DNA from: Bacteroidales bacterium
GTDB lineage: Bacteria; Bacteroidota; Bacteroidia; Bacteroidales; UBA4417
Reading direction: 5' to 3'
NCBI GenBank assembly: GCA_030654075.1
Contig: JAURYB010000178.1
Span: 6,446 to 70,445, forward strand
DNA length: 64,000 nt
Shown here: positions 62,487 to 64,000 of the stretch, in pieces
How positions within the stretch are numbered: the stretch's first letter is position 1
Layout: every line of letters begins with the position of its first letter
Notes under the pieces: generated by a model
Database searches by the model: none
The model's input: the letters and a program-made list of their open reading frames with translations, nothing else
Told to the model about the DNA's origin: nothing
Position numbers and translations under genes: made by a program

Positions 62487-64000
62487 TTAAAAAGCTTTAT
62501 GAACTTTTTCGACTACTTCGGTGGTAGCGATTTCAAAAGGTAAATCTGCCTTAATATCCGCTGAAGACGTGCCAATCAATGCCTTGTATTTCCCGGCATC
62601 TGTAATCCATGCCAGTTCCAGGGTGTTGAATGATGCGATGTCTTTCTTTGAGAAGTTCAGGGTAACTGTTGTGCTTTCACCCGGTTTAAGTTCTGCCGTT
62701 TTAGCAAATGCTTTGAGCTCCTTAACAGGTTTTTCGGTGTATTTAACCGAAGGAGCGGCAACATACAACTGCACAACTTCTTTACCTGCGTATTTTCCGG
62801 TGTTTTTAACCTCAACGGTTACAGTGTACTCACCCTTATTTTCTGAGAGATTTGCTTTGCCGTACTCAAAAGTGGTAAACGACAATCCATAACCAAACGG
62901 GTATGAAACAGGAACTTTATAGGTGTCGAAAAAACGGTAGCCAACAAAAATATCTTCTGCGTAAACGGTGTAATCTACATTACGTAACTCGCTTTTAACA
63001 ATCCCGTTTTTGCTTCCCAACATGGCCATGCTGAATTTTTCTTCTTTCCCGATTGGGAAATTCTCAGTTGACCAAGCGTCCGAAACATTTACAGGATAGG
63101 TATCCGTTAGTTTCCCCGAAGGATTAACTTTTCCTGAAAGAGCATCGGCAACCGTATTGCCACCTTCCTGACCAGCCTGTCCGACAAGCAGGATAGCATC
63201 AGGTTTTGATTTCCAGGTGGAAGTTTCAATAACACCACCGGTATTCAGTATTACTATAACCTTTTTTCCTGCACCCTGAAAAGCATTACAAACTGCAGTT
63301 ATAAGTCCCTGTTCATTTTCTGAAAGGTTGAAATCTCTCTCCAGTTTTCTATCGATAAACTCACCCGAAATCCTGCCAATGGTTATAATGGCAACATCGT
63401 TCGATTTTACTGCACTGGCAAGCATTACAGCAGATGGTATAAACTCATCAAATCTTACTTTTGGTAAAAACTTTGCGATTGGATCATTATCAGGTTTAAC
63501 TTTTGCGGCTTCAGCAGCCATATATTTTGCGTAGGCTTCAGCAATCTCCTTACTGGTTTTGTAGCCTGCATTGTTGAGACCATCGGTTAATGAAACCGTG
63601 TAGGCTTTATTTACATCACCTGAACCCGTTCCGCCTGCGATAAAATCGTAGGATGTTATGCCAAAAGCAGCTACTTTCTTAACCGATTCCGGAAGAGGAA
63701 GTGCCTCGCCTGTATTCTTCAGAAGAATAATTCCTTCAGCGGCTGATTGTCTGGTAATAACTGCATGTGCAGCCAGATCGGGTTTGTTGGAATATTTGTA
63801 GCCTTTAAAGCGCGGCGACCTTAGAACGAGCTCCAGAACTCTCTGAATGCTGAGATCAACCTGATCCATCGAGAGTTTTCCGCTCTTCATGGCAGCAACC
63901 AGTTCATCAAACTGCCTGGGTAGGCCAGGTTCAAACAAATCATTACCTGCCTCAACTCCTTTAACAGCGCTGCTGCCGCCAAACCAGTCGGTCATAACAA
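62487..64000 (-). CDS. Glycoside hydrolase family 3 beta-glucosidase, C-terminal part (5' end beyond window)
   Basis: The frame is open to the window edge. It shows a GH3 C-terminal alpha/beta sandwich (IAGGTGSGDV...), FGYGLSFTTFEY, and a fibronectin-III-like tail (KELKAFAKT.LKPGES..V). Confidence 0.88.
   Translation of the reverse strand, partial: VMTDWFGGSSAVKGVEAGNDLFEPGLPRQFDELVAAMKSGKLSMDQVDLSIQRVLELVLRSPRFKGYKYSNKPDLAAHAVITRQSAAEGIILLKNTGEALPLPESVKKVAAFGITSYDFIAGGTGSGDVNKAYTVSLTDGLNNAGYKTSKEIAEAYAKYMAAEAAKVKPDNDPIAKFLPKVRFDEFIPSAVMLASAVKSNDVAIITIGRISGEFIDRKLERDFNLSENEQGLITAVCNAFQGAGKKVIVILNTGGVIETSTWKSKPDAILLVGQAGQEGGNTVADALSGKVNPSGKLTDTYPVNVSDAWSTENFPIGKEEKFSMAMLGSKNGIVKSELRNVDYTVYAEDIFVGYRFFDTYKVPVSYPFGYGLSFTTFEYGKANLSENKGEYTVTVEVKNTGKYAGKEVVQLYVAAPSVKYTEKPVKELKAFAKTAELKPGESTTVTLNFSKKDIASFNTLELAWITDAGKYKALIGTSSADIKADLPFEIATTEVVEKVHKAF

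Overview
This is a 64-kb chromosomal segment that is almost certainly from a member of Bacteroidota. The evidence is three proteins ending in T9SS (type IX secretion system) C-terminal sorting domains, a SusC/SusD pair, an ExbB-ExbD-ExbD cluster, and TAnnTTTG -7 promoter boxes 10-40 nt upstream of many genes and tRNAs.

Content from left to right:
- Two tandem giant T9SS adhesin-like genes, one a 9.1-kb single ORF.
- An aldehyde dehydrogenase and a YtxH/holin-like stress trio.
- rplU-rpmA, serS, a TPR protein and rsmA.
- A GNAT-like gene and a large BNR/sortilin-like protein.
- An outer-membrane-protein / ECF-sigma / anti-sigma module and Usp genes.
- A decayed terpene-cyclase remnant and a HAD phosphatase.
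- A third T9SS beta-helix adhesin next to a DUF1566 fragment and tRNA-Leu.
- rluB with a roughly 0.9-kb coding tandem repeat.
- yraN, an LD-carboxypeptidase, metG, an orphan sigma-54 response regulator, dusB and a CPBP protease.
- exbB/exbD, tRNA-Ser, yceI, a PAP2 phosphatase and tRNA-Arg.
- A polysaccharide utilisation locus: GH3-GH42-GH30, a 1.2-kb gap, then SusC-SusD.

I found no CRISPR array, rRNA, transposase, integrase or recognisable defence system.

The most unusual signal is non-coding. Between about 13.6 and 44.1 kb, most longer intergenic spacers carry a block of degenerate 7-8 nt (or 14-15 nt) tandem repeats. Each locus has its own unit, but a few unit families recur, including C-rich telomere-like CCCTAAA/CCCCAAA tracts just upstream of genes. 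These sit alongside short dispersed GC-rich hairpin modules and a 162-bp element with perfect 30-bp terminal inverted repeats.

All calls come from reading the sequence and recalling protein-family motifs. No database search or computation was run.
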